Shown here in pieces: positions 6,265 through 6,283 of a stretch of 6,283 nt of DNA; position 1 is the first letter of the stretch, and each line of letters starts with the position of its first letter. A program made the translations under genes and the position numbers. The notes below the pieces were generated by a model. It was given only the letters and a program-made list of their open reading frames with translations. It made no database searches and was not told where the DNA came from. The DNA comes from an uncultured archaeon. Its GTDB lineage: Archaea > Asgardarchaeota > Thorarchaeia > Thorarchaeales > Thorarchaeaceae. The DNA lies in the NCBI GenBank assembly GCA_964648855.1, contig CAZYLT010000048.1, positions 1 through 6,283 of the forward strand, given 5' to 3'.

Positions 6265-6283
6265 TAGTTTATCTAGACAACTG

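Noticed and set aside
6116-6283. Plus-strand frame open from ATG 6116 to the window end (MRIYSPIRMTMDKAPANSVALG...)
   Set aside because: Only 56 codons, no SD, no recognisable family, and it coincides with the strong RNA fold. It cannot be fully excluded without downstream sequence.
1-6283. CRISPR array, transposase, integrase or tandem repeats
   Set aside because: No regularly spaced repeats or mobile-element ORFs seen.

Overview
Anaerobic-metabolism gene cluster, probably archaeal. That call is an inference from an archaeal-type KorB N-terminus, TATA-like boxes and GGTG/GGAG Shine-Dalgarno (SD) sites; an Asgard/Thorarchaeota-like source is only a guess. Left to right: (1) the 5' part of a FadD-like acyl-CoA ligase on the minus strand, missed by the ORF track and running off the left edge; (2) a ~210-bp divergent intergenic region rich in inverted repeats; (3) a three-gene plus-strand operon encoding the beta subunit, alpha subunit and ATP-dependent [4Fe-4S] activator of a 2-hydroxyacyl-CoA dehydratase / class I benzoyl-CoA reductase family enzyme (HadC-HadB-HadI-like); (4) a convergent 2-oxoacid:ferredoxin oxidoreductase (OFOR) beta+gamma pair with no alpha or delta gene next to it; (5) a 75-aa two-TM membrane protein; (6) an intrinsic-type terminator; (7) a GC-rich, tightly folding segment at the right edge that I cannot assign to a known RNA family. 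The best leads are the ligase + radical dehydratase/reductase + OFOR module, the unassigned structured RNA, and the long, possibly switchable inverted repeat between the divergent genes. All family calls come from motif recognition; no searches were run.
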